The notes beneath the pieces were generated by a model. The model was given only the letters and a program-made list of their open reading frames with translations. It was not told where the DNA came from and made no database searches. Made by a program: the position numbers and the translations under genes. Of a DNA stretch of 64,000 nt, positions 60,850 to 64,000 are shown piece after piece (within the stretch, counting starts at the first letter, position 1; each line of letters starts with the position of its first letter). The stretch lies in the NCBI GenBank assembly GCA_964234715.1, contig OZ174278.1, one strand, 5' to 3'. The stretch is from Podarcis melisellensis (taxonomy: Eukaryota).

Positions 60850-61084
60850 GGGCTGCCATTGGATGAGGAGATCATGGTGTTACAATATCTAAAGGGCTGT
60901 CCCATAGCAGATGGAATGGGCTTCTTTTCTAAGAAAGGATGGGGGACTCGCCTCCATTGGAGGTTTTAAACAGAGGTTGGCTGATCATCTGTCAGGGATT
61001 CTTTTGCTGTCATTCCTGCATTGCAGGGGGTTGGACTAAATGACCCTTGAGGTCCTTTCCCACTCTACAATTTTATGATTCTAG
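60850..61084 (+). mobile_element. CR1 LINE 3' fragment
   Basis: Degenerate RT C-terminal codons (YLKGC), GGTTGGACTAAATGACCCTTGAGGTCC, and ATTTTATGATTCTA tail. Confidence 0.8.
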
Positions 61085-61779
61085 GTAGATGGCGCAAAAA
61101 CACAGGGGAGTTCGCAAATCCACTTTAAACTGCCATGTGTACACAGCCCTAGCGCTTTCCCTGACGTGCGAGCTTTACATGGCAAAACGAGTGTTGTGTT
61201 GTTGTTTTTAACATAGTAGAATATTTAAACACTCCACCCTGTCTGCTTTTGAAGCAGTACAGTCTCAGGATCGATGTGTCACATGATATTTCTGATATTT
61301 CCTTGTCTTTACCAACAGCAAAGGTCACCAGGTAACAGGAAAATTAAGTGACCAGATATGTTGATGACAATTTATGAAGATTTGGCTTTCCCAGGTTTAG
61401 AAATTAGCCCAAACAGATATTTTGTTTGAGATATATACCTGACACATCCTGTTTCCCCAGGGAACACAGCTCTTAGTGCTCCATCGGTTCTGCTCCATTT
61501 GTTCTGCTCTATCGCTAAGGAGTGGGTTTTCCCTTGGATTTTTTTTTTGGGGGGGGTTACAAAGCTTCATTGGTTGAAAACTGTATAACAAAAATGATCA
61601 ATAGATGTTAAAGTCAAAATAAAAATAAACACAGACATTCATTCCTTAATTGGTACTTGCTTTGTACATCATTTTGTAATTAAATTTGACATGACCTCCA
61701 ATCTTCCCATTATGTTCCCAGAGTAGATTCCTTGAATACGCACTTAACTTTATTTTCTCCACGTTGTTTAGCTTACTTT

Positions 61780-62207
61780 AAATTTTTATAAAATTATCTT
61801 ATTTACACATAGAAGTTCAATCAAAACCTGGCAACGGATTGATATTTTGACAATGTCCTTTTACATAAACTCTGTATATGTCCCACTCTCTTAACAAATT
61901 TTTCATCTGTAACGTCTTGTAACCTTGCTGATAGTCTCGCCAGTTCAGCATACTCTCTTAATTTATTTTGCCAGTCTGATTTGGATGGGATATCTTCTCC
62001 CTTCCAGCCTTTTGCAATTAAAATTCTGGCAGCAACGGTAACATACATAAAGGCTTTCCTGAACCTTTTTGGGATTCTGTTATCCATAATTCCTAGCAGC
62101 AAGGCTTCAGGCTTTTTAGGGAAAGAGCATTTGAACATTTTCTTAAGCTCATTGTAAATCATTTCCCAAAAGTGTCTGACCTTATTACAGTTCCACCACA
62201 TGTGGAT
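61780..62207 (-). mobile_element. L1 LINE ORF2 C-terminal fragment (5'-truncated)
   Basis: HMWWNC...FWEMI...ALLLGI...AARILIAKGWK...W matches the C-terminus of non-mammalian L1 ORF2p after the CCHC motif. Confidence 0.85.
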
Positions 62208-63305
62208 CCATGGAAAGGATCCATCCTTGGAAAGGAGCAGGGCAAGGGGGAAACCACTAGCCATTGTCATTGCTGCTATGGTGCTGGTTTTAAATGTATA
62301 ATTATTTATCGTTGTTTGTTAGATTTGTTAGTCACTTTTTATCCAAGTGACTTGGAGCATTGTTAAAAAAGACAGTGGGGGGGAAGCCATACTTGTGCCA
62401 TAAATTGTATCGAGCTGCAATCAAGCCTAGGTTTAGCTACCACCTACAGTGTGATGGCCTCAGGGTCCATTTCAGTCACTGAAACAAGTAACTGATCCCT
62501 GCCATGGTCAAGCAGTTTGGCAAGATCTTGTGTCATTAAAAGCCAGGCCTTCTGCCATTTCCCAAACAAAAGAGAAGTCCTCTTTGCACACTGCAGTGCA
62601 GTGCTCCAGACCTAGCTCATGGCTCAGCTCAGGCCACTAACCCCTCACACCTAGATTATCCTCAAAATATCAGTCACCTGTGGCCCTTGCCTTTGCTCTG
62701 ACACAGGGACTACGGTAGTTTGCCTCTGAAGCGTTTTCAGATCTCCCTTTGCACAGGTGTCAGGCCTGCTTATCAGCTCACGGTGCCAAGTCAGTCCTGC
62801 ACATTCTTACTGGAATCTGGCTGCAATTGTATTAGAAGCAGGAAGTCAGAAACAAAAACACTGGATGCAGAAGAAGGTGTGTGTGTGCTGTTTTAAATGT
62901 AAAATGTGCTAAAAACAGGCTCTTAAAATATTCTCACTCCCAACGTTTTTCAAGCGAGAACTTGCTACATCAGGGGAAAGTACTACATTTTTAAGGAACC
63001 TGTTTCCAGTAAATTTTTCCCAATATTTTGGTCTTAAAATAATTCATGATGGACACACCCACTCACACCCCATACTAACTTCTGGTTTTCTGTTTCTTTG
63101 ATGGTGCAGTGCTTGGGGGTTGCTACAGCATTAGGACTTCCATGCTTCGCTGTCCATCAGCTGAATCCTTCTTTGCAGCCATCACAGGATAGCTGGCTCG
63201 GCAAAGTTATTATCTGAGTTGTGCTGCTGTCAATTCAACACACCAGGATTTGTTATTATGACCTCACATGAACAAGGCAGTAGCTATTTCCTATCCCTTG
63301 AGAGT

Positions 63306-63440
63306 GATGGGGGGGGGGGACTTTTGGCCTCCTAGACGCTGCTGAACTGCAACTCCCAATGGCCCAGCGTAGCCATTGGCCTGGGACGCTGGCAGCTGGA
63401 GAACAGCAATGCCTTGTGTGCCAAAGGTTCTCTCAACCCT
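63306..63440. mobile_element. URR1-like hAT MITE remnant
   Basis: GCTGAACTGCAACTCCCA core resembles 46589-46724; strongly diverged. Confidence 0.5.
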
Positions 63441-64000
63441 TGTTCTATCACACCCGCAGGACACCCAGATTCCTCCTCAGTTTTCTGCAGGTTCAACCAC
63501 CGGCATCTCATGTTTCTTTTCTGTGCTTATAATGCTGCTGAGTTGATGAAATCTTAATCCGCCCTGTAAAATGCCAATAAGCTATAATGACCTGTGGTTT
63601 CAAAAGTCCTGCTTTGATGCTGCTTAGGGATTTGTCTGTAAGGTTGCCAGCAATCAATCCTCAATCATAAAACACAAAGAGACATCACACCTGTTATGGA
63701 TTGCCAATGGATTATGCCCTTTGCCAGAGTGGCATGAGGAATGATTTCTCAAAGTGATCGTTTTGCAGGCTTTTGCATATTTCCATAAATATGACAAATA
63801 TAGACTGGATTTGAGCAAAGATATAAAAAGAACCCTCCTGGCCAAGGGTTCGAATGTTGGTGAGCTGCAATAAGCAGTAGCAGCCTGGAGTCATTCAGTA
63901 GATTACCTTCAGAAATATAATAAATGTACCCCAACTCACCCCAAGTCTCCGAAAATGCCCCTTTCCACTTTGGAAATGTGATGCAGTGGGGTGAGGGGGC

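Overview
Vertebrate genomic DNA, not prokaryotic. The repeat content (Squam3-type and Sauria-type SINEs, CR1/L2/L1 fragments, hAT and pogo/Tigger-type MITEs) points to a squamate, probably a lacertid lizard. Most of the window is CpG-poor intronic or intergenic sequence, with one 143-N assembly gap. The main feature is a complete, apparently very young Ty3/Gypsy chromovirus of the Tf1/sushi group at 35040-41533 (+). It has two 767-bp LTRs that look identical by eye, a GTATG target duplication, and intact gag and pol joined by a PEG10-type G GGA AAC -1 frameshift with a pseudoknot. Its priming site looks self-primed rather than tRNA-primed, and it is nested inside a Tigger-like MITE. The integrase C-terminus is the most unusual part. 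The chromodomain has lost all three aromatic-cage residues. It is followed directly by an LF-x8-FxGF motif with the spacing of LEDGF-IBD/TND-interacting motifs. The reading frame then continues through the PPT and all of U3 of the 3' LTR (211 LTR-encoded codons). Together these suggest a possible undescribed chromatin-tethering module, which is inference and untested. A weakly supported minus-strand host terminal exon (...PVIVEL*) with a long 3' UTR may lie at about 28340-34006, which would place the element antisense in a last intron. No host gene could be named.
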